Below, one piece after another: positions 28,285 to 37,583 of a DNA stretch of 64,000 bases. Position numbers and translations under genes: made by a program. The notes beneath the pieces were generated by a model that was given only the letters and a program-made list of their open reading frames with translations, searched no databases and was not told the DNA's origin. How positions within the stretch are numbered: position 1 is the stretch's first letter; every line of letters begins with the position of its first letter. This DNA comes from Thermodesulfobacteriota bacterium (GTDB taxonomy: Bacteria > Desulfobacterota > Desulfuromonadia > Desulfuromonadales > Geoalkalibacteraceae). The DNA lies in NCBI GenBank assembly GCA_034189505.1, contig JAXHUR010000005.1:456-64455 (forward strand). Reading direction: 5' to 3'.

Positions 28285-29067
28285 CTATTTCTTTCTTCGA
28301 GCGTTCTGGTTTTCCAGAAGACGCTTGAGAACACGCTTCAACGACGACGAGTCGAGGTCACGGGTGATCCGGCCGCCCACAACGACAGAGATGCGCCCTG
28401 TTTCCTCCGAGACCACAATGGCCACTGCATCGACAAGTTCGGTCAGCCCAATAGCGGCACGGTGCCGGGTTCCCAGTGCTTTGCTGATGTCCGGATTCTG
28501 CGAAAGAGGCAGAAAGCAGCCAGCCTGTTTGAGCCGCCCCTGCTGAATGACTACCGCACCGTCGTGGATGGGAGAATAAGGGAGAAAAATGGACGTCAGA
28601 AGATCACTCGATACTCGTGCATCGATTTCTGTACCCACTTCAAGAAAATCCTTAAGCCCCGTTTCACGCTCTATCACGATCAGAGCACCGATACGGCGGT
28701 TGGCCATCACGACACTGGCCTTGACCAGCTCATCGATTACTTCACCTTCCTCCCGATAGGAAAGGCCGGCAAAAAAAGGATTGCGGCCGACATGCATCAG
28801 GGCGCGCCGTATATCGTTCTGAAAGATGACAATAATGACGAGGATGATCGAGGAGAGAAAATTATCGAGAAGCCAGTGCAGCGTGTAAAGGCCGCTAAGC
28901 TGCGAGGCCACATAGACGAAAAGAATGACTGCGAGCCCGAGCAGCATCTGCACGGCACGCGTGCCTTTGATCAGCAGGATGATCCGGTAGATAATGAAGG
29001 CGACCAGGCCGATATCCAGCAGGTCCAGCCAGCGCACATTTTTGACAACATCGAAAAACCCGTCCAT
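28285..29067 (-). CDS. cdaA: Membrane-bound diadenylate cyclase CdaA (c-di-AMP synthase)
   Basis: Three N-terminal TM helices. DAC domain with HDGAVVI and GTRHRAAIG motifs. Confidence 0.9.
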   Translation of the reverse strand: MDGFFDVVKNVRWLDLLDIGLVAFIIYRIILLIKGTRAVQMLLGLAVILFVYVASQLSGLYTLHWLLDNFLSSIILVIIVIFQNDIRRALMHVGRNPFFAGLSYREEGEVIDELVKASVVMANRRIGALIVIERETGLKDFLEVGTEIDARVSSDLLTSIFLPYSPIHDGAVVIQQGRLKQAGCFLPLSQNPDISKALGTRHRAAIGLTELVDAVAIVVSEETGRISVVVGGRITRDLDSSSLKRVLKRLLENQNARRKK

Positions 29068-29117
29068 TTCAGCCTGGCCTGCAAAGGATCAAAGAGGTTA
29101 AACGGTAAATAGATCAG

Positions 29118-30329
29118 TCATGCATACGGATGGATCGCCCAGGCTGTCATAGCGGCATCACGATTGGGGGCGACATCATGCACCCGGAAAATACGTGCCC
29201 CCTGAGCGACGCCGAGAGCCGTGGTAGCGACAGTCCCGAACAGACGCTCGCGCGGCTGGGGGCGGTCGAGAATTTTACCGAGAAAACCTTTGCGGGAAGT
29301 CCCCAGCAGGATCGGCCGCCCCAGGCAATGAAGCTCGGCCAGGCGACGCAGGATCTCCAGATTGCCGGCTGCATCCTTTCCGAATCCGACACCCGGGTCC
29401 ACGACGATACGATCCTCATCAACCCCGGCGACCAGTGCAATTTCGATCCCCTCTGCGAGGTAGCGGCAGACATCCCCAAGCAAATCGGTATAATCCGTAC
29501 AATTCTGCATAATGTCCGAGCGACCGCGCGTATGCATCAGCAACAACCCGGCACCGGTCTGCGCAGCGACATGCGCCATTTCGGGGTCAAAACGCAGCCC
29601 GCTGACGTCGTTGATAAATTCCGCGCCGGCCAGAATCGACTCACGGGCAACGCGGCTCTTTGTCGTGTCCACCGAAATGGGAACGGCACATTGTGCGGCA
29701 ATCCGTTCAACAATGGGGACCACCCGCCGCAATTCCTCGGCTTCGTCAACACCGGCCGACCCCGGCCGCGTGCTTTCCCCTCCGATATCGAGGAGATCGG
29801 CCCCCTGTTCCACCATGATTCTGGCCTGTTCCAAGGCACAATCGGGATCAAGATAGCAGCCGCCATCCGAGAAAGAATCCGGGGTGACATTGAGAATCCC
29901 CATGATACGGGGGCGACTCAGATCCAGGGTGCGGGTGCGACCCCGCACATATGCTGCCGGGCGCTCGGAGCGATCAAGAAGAAGGCTGAGCGATTGCGCC
30001 AGCCGAGCTTCCGGTTTCCCGTCTTCATTTTGCAGGGCCTGGCAAAGTGCCCGTAGCCCGGGGCGGTCTGAGCATAAGAGAAGATCACCACCTGCGGCAT
30101 TCCCGCCCAGCAACGAGGCTGAGGGCACGATCTGCTTGATTGAGGTGCCGACACAGGCTTGCAGGCGGCAAAACAGCTCCTGCGGAACCTCATGCACCTT
30201 AACCAGGTCAGCACCAGACAACAGATGAGGGAGAAAAGGCTCAAAAGAGCCTGCATTAAGGCGCCGCAACTCCTCCAGTGCCTGCGACTCGCTGAATATC
30301 TGAAGCAACCGCGGAGGCGAAGACGTCAT
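29118..30329 (-). CDS. folP: Dihydropteroate synthase with an uncharacterised ~125-aa N-terminal extension
   Basis: The pterin-binding domain starts at TLDLSRPRIMGILNVTPDSFSDGG, which aligns with the extreme N-terminus of E. coli FolP. The upstream 125 codons are open in frame. ATG 30329 abuts the ftsH stop (TAGATG). Confidence 0.85.
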   Translation of the reverse strand: MTSSPPRLLQIFSESQALEELRRLNAGSFEPFLPHLLSGADLVKVHEVPQELFCRLQACVGTSIKQIVPSASLLGGNAAGGDLLLCSDRPGLRALCQALQNEDGKPEARLAQSLSLLLDRSERPAAYVRGRTRTLDLSRPRIMGILNVTPDSFSDGGCYLDPDCALEQARIMVEQGADLLDIGGESTRPGSAGVDEAEELRRVVPIVERIAAQCAVPISVDTTKSRVARESILAGAEFINDVSGLRFDPEMAHVAAQTGAGLLLMHTRGRSDIMQNCTDYTDLLGDVCRYLAEGIEIALVAGVDEDRIVVDPGVGFGKDAAGNLEILRRLAELHCLGRPILLGTSRKGFLGKILDRPQPRERLFGTVATTALGVAQGARIFRVHDVAPNRDAAMTAWAIHPYA

Positions 30330-32204
30330 CTACTCGTCTTCTGTGCGGGAATCCTGATCCACACAACCGCCTTCTGAAGGAGCTATGTTTTTTCCGCTTT
30401 TTTCCTCCCCGGCCTCAGATGAACCGAAGACCAACTCTTTAAGCTCGTGGCCATCCAGGTTTTCGCGCTCCAGCAGGGCCTCTGCCACGCGATCAAGGCC
30501 AGCGCGGTTCTCCCTGAGGATGTTGCGGGTTCGCTCATAATTGCGCTGAACGATATCGCGGATTTCATTGTCGATTTCGATCGCGGTCGCTTCGCTGTAA
30601 TTTTTGGTGTGCCCCATGTCGCGCCCGAGGAAAATTTCGCCCTCTTTCTCCCCGAAAGTCAGGGGACCGAGTTTTTCGCTCATCCCCCATTCACACACCA
30701 TCTTGCGTGCAATGGCGGTGGCGCGCTCGAGGTCGTTGGCCGCGCCGCTGGTGATGCTCGGGAAGACAAGTTCCTCGGCGATGCGTCCGCCAAGCAGGGT
30801 GCAAATGCGGGTATTGAGGCCATCCTTGGTCTCGTTGTATTTCTCTTCCCGGGGAAGATACATGGTCACGCCCATGGCTCGGCCGCGGGGAATAATCGAC
30901 ACCTTGTGCACCGGGTCGGAACCAGGGATGAACAGGGCCACCAGAGCGTGTCCCGCTTCATGCCAGGCGGTAACCTTTTTCTCATCCTCGGTGATGACCA
31001 TGGAACGCCTCTCAGCTCCCATCATGACCTTGTCCTTGGCCGCTTCCAGGTCGGCCATGGCAACCTTGTCCTGATTCTTGCGTGCGGCCAGCAGAGCTGC
31101 TTCGTTTACGAGATTGGCCAGATCGGCGCCGGAGAACCCTGGAGTGCCTTTGGCCAGAACCGCCATATCCACATCTTCCTGCATGGGGATATTGCGAGAA
31201 TGAACCTGCAAAATCTTTTCGCGGCCGCGCACGTCGGGTGCAGGTACGACGACCTGGCGATCAAAGCGTCCGGGACGCAGCAAGGCGGGATCGAGCACGT
31301 CGGGACGGTTGGTGGCGGCAATCAGGATCACTCCCTCGTTGGACTCGAAACCGTCCATCTCGACCAGCAGCTGATTGAGGGTCTGTTCCCGCTCATCATG
31401 CCCTCCGCCGAGCCCGGCGCCGCGATGGCGCCCGACCGCATCGATTTCGTCGATGAAAATGATGCAGGGCGCATTTTTCTTACCCTGAACGAACAGGTCA
31501 CGCACGCGGCTCGCGCCGACCCCGACGAACATTTCAACAAAATCAGAACCGGAGATGGAAAAAAACGGCACGCCAGCCTCGCCGGCAATGGCACGCGCCA
31601 ACAGCGTCTTCCCGGTTCCAGGCGGTCCCACCAGCAGAACACCCTTAGGGATTTTGCCGCCGAGGCGAGAGTATTTTTTGGGATCCTTCAAGAAGGAGAC
31701 GATTTCCTCAAGCTCGTCCTTGGCCTCCTCGACTCCGGCAACATCACTGAACATTACGCGTGCAGTGCTCTCATTGAGAAGTTTGGCGCGGCTCTTGCCG
31801 AAACTCATGGCCTTGCCGCCACCGGACTGCATCTGCCGCATAAAGAAGATCCACACGGCGATCAGCAGCAGGATCGGTCCCCAGGAAACCAGCAGAGTGA
31901 ACCAGAACCCCTGGTCTTCCACCGGCTGGGCTTCGATCACGACACCTTTTTCCTTAAGCTTGGGGATCAGCTCCATATCACCTGGCGCATGGGTCTTGAA
32001 TGCAGTCCCATCGTCGTAGAGGCCCTTGATCTGCTGTCCCTGAATCGTAACTTCCTGGACCCTTCCTTCATCAACAGCACTGAGAAAATTGGTGTAGTTA
32101 ACAGGCTTTATCTCCTGCTCTTTCTGCGTCATCATATTGAAAAGCAGAATCATCAATAAGGAGATTACCAGCCACAGCGCAAGATTTTTATAAAACTGAT
32201 TCAC
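30330..32204 (-). CDS. ftsH: ATP-dependent zinc metalloprotease FtsH
   Basis: Walker A GPPGTGKT, Walker B IIFIDEID, zinc motif HEAGHA. GTG 32204 ([11 protein letters not shown]...) follows an AGGGGGG SD. The 75-codon upstream extension in the track looks spurious. Confidence 0.93.
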   Translation of the reverse strand: MNQFYKNLALWLVISLLMILLFNMMTQKEQEIKPVNYTNFLSAVDEGRVQEVTIQGQQIKGLYDDGTAFKTHAPGDMELIPKLKEKGVVIEAQPVEDQGFWFTLLVSWGPILLLIAVWIFFMRQMQSGGGKAMSFGKSRAKLLNESTARVMFSDVAGVEEAKDELEEIVSFLKDPKKYSRLGGKIPKGVLLVGPPGTGKTLLARAIAGEAGVPFFSISGSDFVEMFVGVGASRVRDLFVQGKKNAPCIIFIDEIDAVGRHRGAGLGGGHDEREQTLNQLLVEMDGFESNEGVILIAATNRPDVLDPALLRPGRFDRQVVVPAPDVRGREKILQVHSRNIPMQEDVDMAVLAKGTPGFSGADLANLVNEAALLAARKNQDKVAMADLEAAKDKVMMGAERRSMVITEDEKKVTAWHEAGHALVALFIPGSDPVHKVSIIPRGRAMGVTMYLPREEKYNETKDGLNTRICTLLGGRIAEELVFPSITSGAANDLERATAIARKMVCEWGMSEKLGPLTFGEKEGEIFLGRDMGHTKNYSEATAIEIDNEIRDIVQRNYERTRNILRENRAGLDRVAEALLERENLDGHELKELVFGSSEAGEEKSGKNIAPSEGGCVDQDSRTEDE

Positions 32205-32328
32205 TTTCCCCCCTAATACAGGAAATATATTCGCTTGGTTCGGTTGATATAAAGGGGCTAAGCCCGGTTTAACTATCGGGGAAAAGTACCACAAAGGACG
32301 AAAGTCCACAAGTCGGGACTGACCTTTT

Positions 32329-33684
32329 TTAGGGCAGCAGCGCGACCCGCAGAATTTTTCTGGTTTTTTCGTCGGGCCGGTCGTCGTTGCAGCGGCGCAA
32401 CCCCGCCAGCCACAGGATCCGCCCGTCATATTCGAGCACGGGGCAGGATCTTCTTAAATTCTGCGGCACTTTTTCATCAATAAAAATATCTTTTATCTTA
32501 CGTCGCCCGCTCATCCCCGCAACCGCCATCCGATCTCCGGCCTCGCGGGAGCGAAGAATCAGGGGAAATGTGACCTGAGTTGCGTCGAATTCCACCGCGG
32601 TACGGCCATCACACGGGCCCGGTTTCGAGGCCAGAGTAAATTCGACCCGCCAGCCGCCCGGCAGCCTGTACAGGCCCGGAGCCGTCACTGTTTGGTGATA
32701 GGGCTCTGCCGTTCCAGGCGGTCCGGCCCGCAGATGAAGCTCATCGTAGCTGCGGCAGGCCGTGATTCCGGGCAGGTGAAGTTCCTTACTCCCCTGCGTA
32801 CCTTCCACCAGTCGGGCCAGAGCGGCAATGTGCTTTTCCTCCACCCCCCTCAGGTTCCCCCGCACGACCTCGACCAGATGGCGCAGTACGCGGTCCCGAA
32901 GCGCCGGGTGAAGCCTATTGATTTCCTCCCGGGGGGCACAGGTGAACCCTGATGCCAAAGACCAACCGGAGACCGCCTCCGTTACCTGCCTGCGCCAGTA
33001 ATCCTCCTCGCAGCTCAGACGCCGGGCCAGTCGGGTGAGGGCCTCTTCAACGCGCGGATTGATCAAACGGCACAGGGGCAGCAGCTGATGCCGAATCAGG
33101 TTGCGGGTAAAGCGCAGGTCGTCATTGCTCTCATCATGGCAAAACGTCAAATCATGAAAATCGAGATAACTCCTGATTCTGGATCGGGGAACAGACAGCA
33201 GGGGACGCACATAGATTCCACTGCGGGGGCGCATGGCGGTCAACCCTGCCGGACCGCTGCCTCGCAGCAGACGGTGGAGGACCGTCTCGGCCTGGTCATC
33301 GTGATGATGCCCCAGCGCGATCCTTCGACAATCAAAGCGCCGGGCGGTTTCCTCCAGAAACGTCCTCCGCACTTTTCTGGCCGCCTGCTCGATCCCGCCG
33401 CGCCCCGCGGCACTGATTTCAGACCCTGTAATGCGATGTATGACAAACGGGATATTCCACTGCCGGCACAGCTTTTCAACAAAAAGTGCGTCGTCTGAGC
33501 TTCGTGGACGTAGACCATGATCGAGGTGCGCGGCGACCAGGTCGAGGTTCAGGTCTGCGGCAATCTCCTTGAGCAGGTGCAACAACGCGACCGAGTCGCT
33601 CCCACCCGAAACGGCAACCAGGACCCTGTCTCCCTCTCGCAAAAGTTTTTTATCGACGATTTCGTCGAGCACCTCATTTTTCAT
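32329..33684 (-). CDS. tilS: tRNA(Ile)-lysidine synthase
   Basis: PP-loop VAVSGGSDS. 451 aa with a TilS C-terminal domain. Conserved tilS-ftsH neighbourhood. Confidence 0.9.
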   Translation of the reverse strand: MKNEVLDEIVDKKLLREGDRVLVAVSGGSDSVALLHLLKEIAADLNLDLVAAHLDHGLRPRSSDDALFVEKLCRQWNIPFVIHRITGSEISAAGRGGIEQAARKVRRTFLEETARRFDCRRIALGHHHDDQAETVLHRLLRGSGPAGLTAMRPRSGIYVRPLLSVPRSRIRSYLDFHDLTFCHDESNDDLRFTRNLIRHQLLPLCRLINPRVEEALTRLARRLSCEEDYWRRQVTEAVSGWSLASGFTCAPREEINRLHPALRDRVLRHLVEVVRGNLRGVEEKHIAALARLVEGTQGSKELHLPGITACRSYDELHLRAGPPGTAEPYHQTVTAPGLYRLPGGWRVEFTLASKPGPCDGRTAVEFDATQVTFPLILRSREAGDRMAVAGMSGRRKIKDIFIDEKVPQNLRRSCPVLEYDGRILWLAGLRRCNDDRPDEKTRKILRVALLP

Positions 33685-33693
33685 GGATTATGT

Positions 33694-33739
33694 GCCGAAA
33701 AGACAAAGACCCTCCCCGGAGTCCGAGAAGGGTCTTTGT
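33694..33739 (-). terminator. Hairpin terminator following the tRNA genes
   Basis: 11-bp perfect stem (33703-33713 / 33729-33739), 15-nt loop, followed on the minus strand by CTTTTC. It ends 10 nt before the tilS ATG. Confidence 0.55.
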
Positions 33740-33745
33740 GGTGAT

Positions 33746-33822
33746 TGGTGGCGGTGCAGAGATTCGAACTCCGGACACTGCGGATATGAGCCGCATGCTC
33801 TAACCAACTGAGCTACACCGCC
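33746..33822 (-). tRNA. tRNA-Met (anticodon CAT), elongator-like
   Basis: Reverse complement GGCGGTGTAGCTCAGTTGGTTAGAGCATGCGGCTCATATCCGCAGTGTCCGGAGTTCGAATCTCTGCACCGCCACCA folds as a cloverleaf of 77 nt with encoded CCA. The acceptor stem resembles elongator tRNA-Met. A lysidine-modified tRNA-Ile2 cannot be excluded from sequence alone. Confidence 0.85.
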
Positions 33823-33871
33823 TGAAAGCGGGATATAAAACCTAGCCCCTCCAGAGAGGGGCGAAAGAGCT

Positions 33872-33948
<77 letters not shown>

Positions 33949-34031
33949 ACACGCGAAACAGGAAATTAACCAAATTCAGGGGGCAAGTCAAGTTATTTTT
34001 TGCCCTGGCGGAAAACCATCGCAACCCGGCC

Positions 34032-34739
34032 TCAGCGGCGGGTGACAAAACCATCTATCTTCTCCTGCGCCTTGAGGAGATCCGCTGCGCCCCGCGCCGT
34101 TTCCGCATCGGCAAATGGACCGACCCGGACCCGGTACCAGGTGCCTTTATCGCCAAGATCCGCCTGCTGGATAAAGACGGCAAAATCTTTCTTCAGCAGC
34201 TTCTCCTGCAAAGTCCGAGCATCGTCCTCGTCGCGAAAGGAGCCGACCTGAACCACAAAGCGTCCGCCAGCAACCGCCGGTGCCGGCTCGGCTGCAGTCC
34301 CCGCAGCTTGCTCTTTCCCGGAAGAATCAGTTTCAGATTTGATCTGTGCTTGCTCCAACCCGGGCTTCAGGCTGTCACGCGGCGGGCTCTGCTTCTTCTG
34401 CGCCGGCGGCTGATTGATACCGCTGCCCAGCGGAGGTTCATCACTCTTCGGGAGGGTATCGAAAAAAGTCAGGGACGTCTTCTCGTCCGCGGGGTCTTCC
34501 GCGGAACCTGTCGTTTTCGTCTCGGGATCTGATTTGCGAGACGCGGGCTTTTCCACCACAACTTTTTCCGTTGCAGCCGGCGTGAGAGCTGCAGACGGTG
34601 TCTGCGGAGAACCGCTCTTGCCGACCATAACGCCGAGGGAAAAGCTGACCAGCGAGACCGCCAGCATGGTCACCAGCAGCAGAACAGCCTGTTTTCGTTC
34701 CATGCGACGCTGACTGCGAGTCTTCGTTTCACGCGTCAT
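34032..34739 (-). CDS. SPOR-domain peptidoglycan-binding (cell-division associated) protein
   Basis: N-terminal TM, a low-complexity Pro/Ala/Ser linker, and a C-terminal SPOR domain (FVVQVGSFRDEDDARTLQEKL...WYRVRVGPF). ATG 34739 is chosen because the track start would overlap the argS stop (34759). Confidence 0.8.
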   Translation of the reverse strand: MTRETKTRSQRRMERKQAVLLLVTMLAVSLVSFSLGVMVGKSGSPQTPSAALTPAATEKVVVEKPASRKSDPETKTTGSAEDPADEKTSLTFFDTLPKSDEPPLGSGINQPPAQKKQSPPRDSLKPGLEQAQIKSETDSSGKEQAAGTAAEPAPAVAGGRFVVQVGSFRDEDDARTLQEKLLKKDFAVFIQQADLGDKGTWYRVRVGPFADAETARGAADLLKAQEKIDGFVTRR

Positions 34740-34758
34740 GATCGAGTACCTCCCGTAT

Positions 34759-36423
34759 CTACATGCTCTCCGGCGCTGAAACCCCAAGAAGCCCCAATGC
34801 GTTGGCCAGAACCGTACGTATGCAGTTGACTAGATAAAGACGTGCACGGGTAACATTTTCATCTTCGGAAACCACCCGGTGACGATTGTAATAGCTGTGA
34901 AACTGAGATGCGAGTTCCTGCAGATAAAAAACCACTCGATGCGGTGCAAAATCACGTGCCGCCCCTGCCACGGTTTCCGGAAAACGCGCCAGGCATTTAG
35001 CCAGCGCAAGCTCTTCGTCCAACTGCAGGCAGTCAAAATCGACCTTTCCCAGATCAGGGGCAATAATTCCCTGCTCGGCAGCATTACGATTGATGCTGCA
35101 CACCCGGGCATGAGCGTATTGCACATAATAGACCGGATTGTCATTGCTCTGCTGCTTGGCCAGATCGAGATCGAAATCAAGCTGACTGTCGGAGCGCCGC
35201 ATCAGAAAGAAAAACCGGCAGGCGTCACGACCGACCTCGTCAATGACTTCACGCAGGGTCACAAACTCTCCGCTGCGGGTACTCATCGCCACCGGGCTTC
35301 CGCCGCGCAGCAGATTGACCAGTTGCACCAGGATGATCTGCAGATCCTCCGGGTCGCGTCCCAAACCGGCAAGCACCGCTTTCATGCGCGGTACGTAACC
35401 GTGATGGTCAGCTCCCCAGACATCGATAGCCAGGTCATACCCTCGCTCGAATTTTTCCTTGTGGTAAGCCACATCCGAGGCAAAGTAGGTGGTTGCACCG
35501 TTGGAACGAACCAGCACCCGATCCTTGTCATCGCCATAGTCCGTGGTCCGCAACCAGAGGGCGCCATCTTTTTCATAGGTCAGATTTCGCTCTTTGAGCA
35601 GATCGATCCCCCGCTGCACCTCTCCTCGGTCGTACAGACTCTGCTCGCTGTACCACTTATTGAAATGAACACCGAATGTCCGCAGATCTTCCCCGATCCC
35701 GGCGAGTATACGCTCTCCGCCGAAACGTGCGAAAAATGCCACGGCCTGATCTTCAGGGACATCGAGGTAACGCCGTCCGTCACGCTGCGCCACCTCGCGG
35801 GCGATGTCGCGAATGTAGTCTCCCTGGTAACAGCTGTCTGGAAAATCAACAAGTTCTCCAAAACTCTCGCGGTAACGGAGAAAAAGCGAGCGCCCCAGTG
35901 TATCCATCTGATTGCCGGCATCATTGATATAATATTCGCGATCGACCGAATATCCAGCCCACTCCAGAACCGACGCCACCGCATCGCCGGTAGCGGCGCC
36001 GCGACCATGGCCGATATGAAGGGGCCCCGTCGGATTGGCGCTGACGAATTCCACCTGAACCCTTTTGCCGCTGCCCAGCGTGCTGCGCCCATAATCGCTT
36101 CCCGCCCGGGCGACGTCGTCCAATACCCCGTACCAGCACCGCGGCGAGAGAAAAAAATTGATGAACCCGGGACCGGCTATTTCGACTTTGTCCCACAGAC
36201 CGTCGCCGTCACCGAGGGCATCAATCAATGCCTGAGCTATTTGTCTCGGCGCCTTTTTTTCAGCGCGCGCCATGGTCATTGCGACGTTGGTGGCAAAATC
36301 ACCGTGATCGCTGTGATTGGGGACTTCAAGTACGATTTCCGGAATAATGCCGCTATTCAGGGTTCCACTCCCAAAGCAGGCCTCCAGCGCCCGCTCTATA
36401 TTCGTTCTTAGTCGCTGTTTCAT
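34759..36423 (-). CDS. argS: Arginine--tRNA ligase
   Basis: Class I motif SANPTGPLHIGHGR and a DALR anticodon-binding C-terminus. ATG 36423 (MKQRLRTNIERAL) is preferred to the track start 36483. Confidence 0.92.
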   Translation of the reverse strand: MKQRLRTNIERALEACFGSGTLNSGIIPEIVLEVPNHSDHGDFATNVAMTMARAEKKAPRQIAQALIDALGDGDGLWDKVEIAGPGFINFFLSPRCWYGVLDDVARAGSDYGRSTLGSGKRVQVEFVSANPTGPLHIGHGRGAATGDAVASVLEWAGYSVDREYYINDAGNQMDTLGRSLFLRYRESFGELVDFPDSCYQGDYIRDIAREVAQRDGRRYLDVPEDQAVAFFARFGGERILAGIGEDLRTFGVHFNKWYSEQSLYDRGEVQRGIDLLKERNLTYEKDGALWLRTTDYGDDKDRVLVRSNGATTYFASDVAYHKEKFERGYDLAIDVWGADHHGYVPRMKAVLAGLGRDPEDLQIILVQLVNLLRGGSPVAMSTRSGEFVTLREVIDEVGRDACRFFFLMRRSDSQLDFDLDLAKQQSNDNPVYYVQYAHARVCSINRNAAEQGIIAPDLGKVDFDCLQLDEELALAKCLARFPETVAGAARDFAPHRVVFYLQELASQFHSYYNRHRVVSEDENVTRARLYLVNCIRTVLANALGLLGVSAPESM

Positions 36424-36430
36424 CTGAAGG

Positions 36431-36610
36431 TCATTCTTTCTCGCTTGAATTTTTCTTGACGCCCGCCTCCTTTTCCGCCGCACGCAGCAGAGCTACATCC
36501 TCGGAAAAATCAGGGCAGTGCAGGGAAGAGTCACCACCCATGGTGTGACGCTTCACGCATTGGGCACGCCAGGCGCAGACCGGGCAGGTCCGGGGTGCAT
36601 CATAGGGCAT
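36431..36610 (-). CDS. Small (59 aa) Cys-rich hypothetical protein upstream of argS
   Basis: MPYDAPRTCPVCAWRAQCVKRHTMGGDSSLHCPDFSEDVALLRAAEKEAGVKKNSSEKE. AGGAGG SD 4 nt before ATG 36610. The stop lies 7 nt before the argS start. The longer 134-aa track ORF would overlap ftsB. Confidence 0.5.
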   Translation of the reverse strand: MPYDAPRTCPVCAWRAQCVKRHTMGGDSSLHCPDFSEDVALLRAAEKEAGVKKNSSEKE

Positions 36611-36716
36611 GGATCCTCCTTGTTTTCTTGATTTTGTCCAAAAAATCATGCTAGCTCCCGCGCACTCAGGAGTCAAGCGTGACATCGGAGGCCCCGTAAA
36701 TGGAAAAACAGAATTG

Positions 36717-37076
36717 TTATTCAGCAGAAGACTTATCGGGAGTGTTCGCAGGAGCAGAATCGGGCGTACGCGGAAACTGATAGACCAGCTCATCTTCCTT
36801 GACCATTCCGAGATTTTTGCGGGCCAACCCCTCAAGATAGAAGTAATCGTTGCGCAACCGTTCGATTTCGTGTCTCAGCTCGCGGTTTTCCGCCTCCAGC
36901 TGTTCGATGCGGCCCTGCAGTTCAGAGCGGTACTCCAACATGCGGAAGGTTCGTATAATACCGCGTTCGCCAAAGAACGCCAGAGCGAACAACAGCACAA
37001 TCACGATTGCCATCCACAAGGGGGGACGAAATTTTACACGCCGGGGTGTTTCATCACCTGTGTCTTCAGAGGCCAT
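36717..37076 (-). CDS. ftsB: Cell-division protein FtsB/DivIC (septum formation initiator)
   Basis: Single TM (LWMAIVIVLLFALAFF) followed by a leucine-zipper-like coiled coil (LQGRIEQLEAENRELRHEIERL). Confidence 0.8.
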   Translation of the reverse strand: MASEDTGDETPRRVKFRPPLWMAIVIVLLFALAFFGERGIIRTFRMLEYRSELQGRIEQLEAENRELRHEIERLRNDYFYLEGLARKNLGMVKEDELVYQFPRTPDSAPANTPDKSSAE

Positions 37077-37181
37077 GCCGCATCGATTTTGCAGAAGATG
37101 TGTCTATCACAGAAGAAGCGCCAGAATCCGGCAAAGGCCGGTTCAGCAAAAGTCGGGAGAGGACCGATGACAAGATTATTT

Positions 37182-37475
37182 TCAGTTGACCGTGATTTGT
37201 GAGCGAATGCGCTCCAGCGTCGCCGCGCCGATCCCTTCAACGCGGGTCAGGTCGTCTACGGATGAAAATGGCTCTTTCTCCCGATGGGCCACGATGCTGT
37301 CCGCTTTGACCGATCCAATGCCGGTCAGCGACTGCAACTCCGCTGCAGTCGCGGTATTGATGTTGACCAATGCAGTTTGTACCGGGGCAGACGATGTTTC
37401 AGTCTGTGCCAGCGTTGCAAAGCTTCCCCCCAAGGAAAGCATAACGGCAAAAACCAGTGTAATTACAAATTTCAT
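37182..37475 (-). CDS. Secreted ComEA-like helix-hairpin-helix DNA-binding protein
   Basis: Signal peptide MKFVITLVFAVMLSLGGSFATLA. HhH repeats (NINTATAAELQSLTGIGSVKADSIV...VEGIGAATLERI). Confidence 0.8.
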   Translation of the reverse strand: MKFVITLVFAVMLSLGGSFATLAQTETSSAPVQTALVNINTATAAELQSLTGIGSVKADSIVAHREKEPFSSVDDLTRVEGIGAATLERIRSQITVN

Positions 37476-37583
37476 AAAACCCTCCCTGATTCAAAAATCA
37501 GCATTAAATGGCATCAGCCCCTCCCGACGCTGCAATAAGTAGCACATTGCATAAAAGACGGTCAACTGCCAAAAAATGATTCA

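Noticed and set aside
30447-32159. A 570-aa plus-strand ORF. Similar long antisense ORFs occur at 7942-9093, 18452-20221, 34879-36411, 43452-44597, 44778-45860, 47861-49114, 55401-56579 and 62130-63200.
   Set aside because: Each lies opposite a confidently identified housekeeping gene (ftsH, mlaA/mlaD, cimA, argS, the DEAD-box helicase, trpB, trpD, secY, rpsC). None has an SD, motifs, or independent intergenic boundaries. They are shadow ORFs.
32205-32328. A possible sigma32 heat-shock promoter (CCCCTTTAT as the -10 element) and a TTGTGGAC/TTGTGGTAC direct repeat upstream of ftsH.
   Set aside because: The candidate -35 (GTTAAA) is only 10 nt from the -10-like element, against the expected 13-15 nt. 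The repeat is short enough to be chance. I cannot support it from sequence alone.
33746-33822. The CAT-anticodon tRNA next to tilS as the TilS substrate tRNA-Ile2.
   Set aside because: The acceptor stem (GGCGGTG...) and overall sequence resemble elongator tRNA-Met, for example the Bacillus type, more than tRNA-Ile2. Identity cannot be proven without a tRNA-Ile2-specific covariance model, so I call it tRNA-Met.
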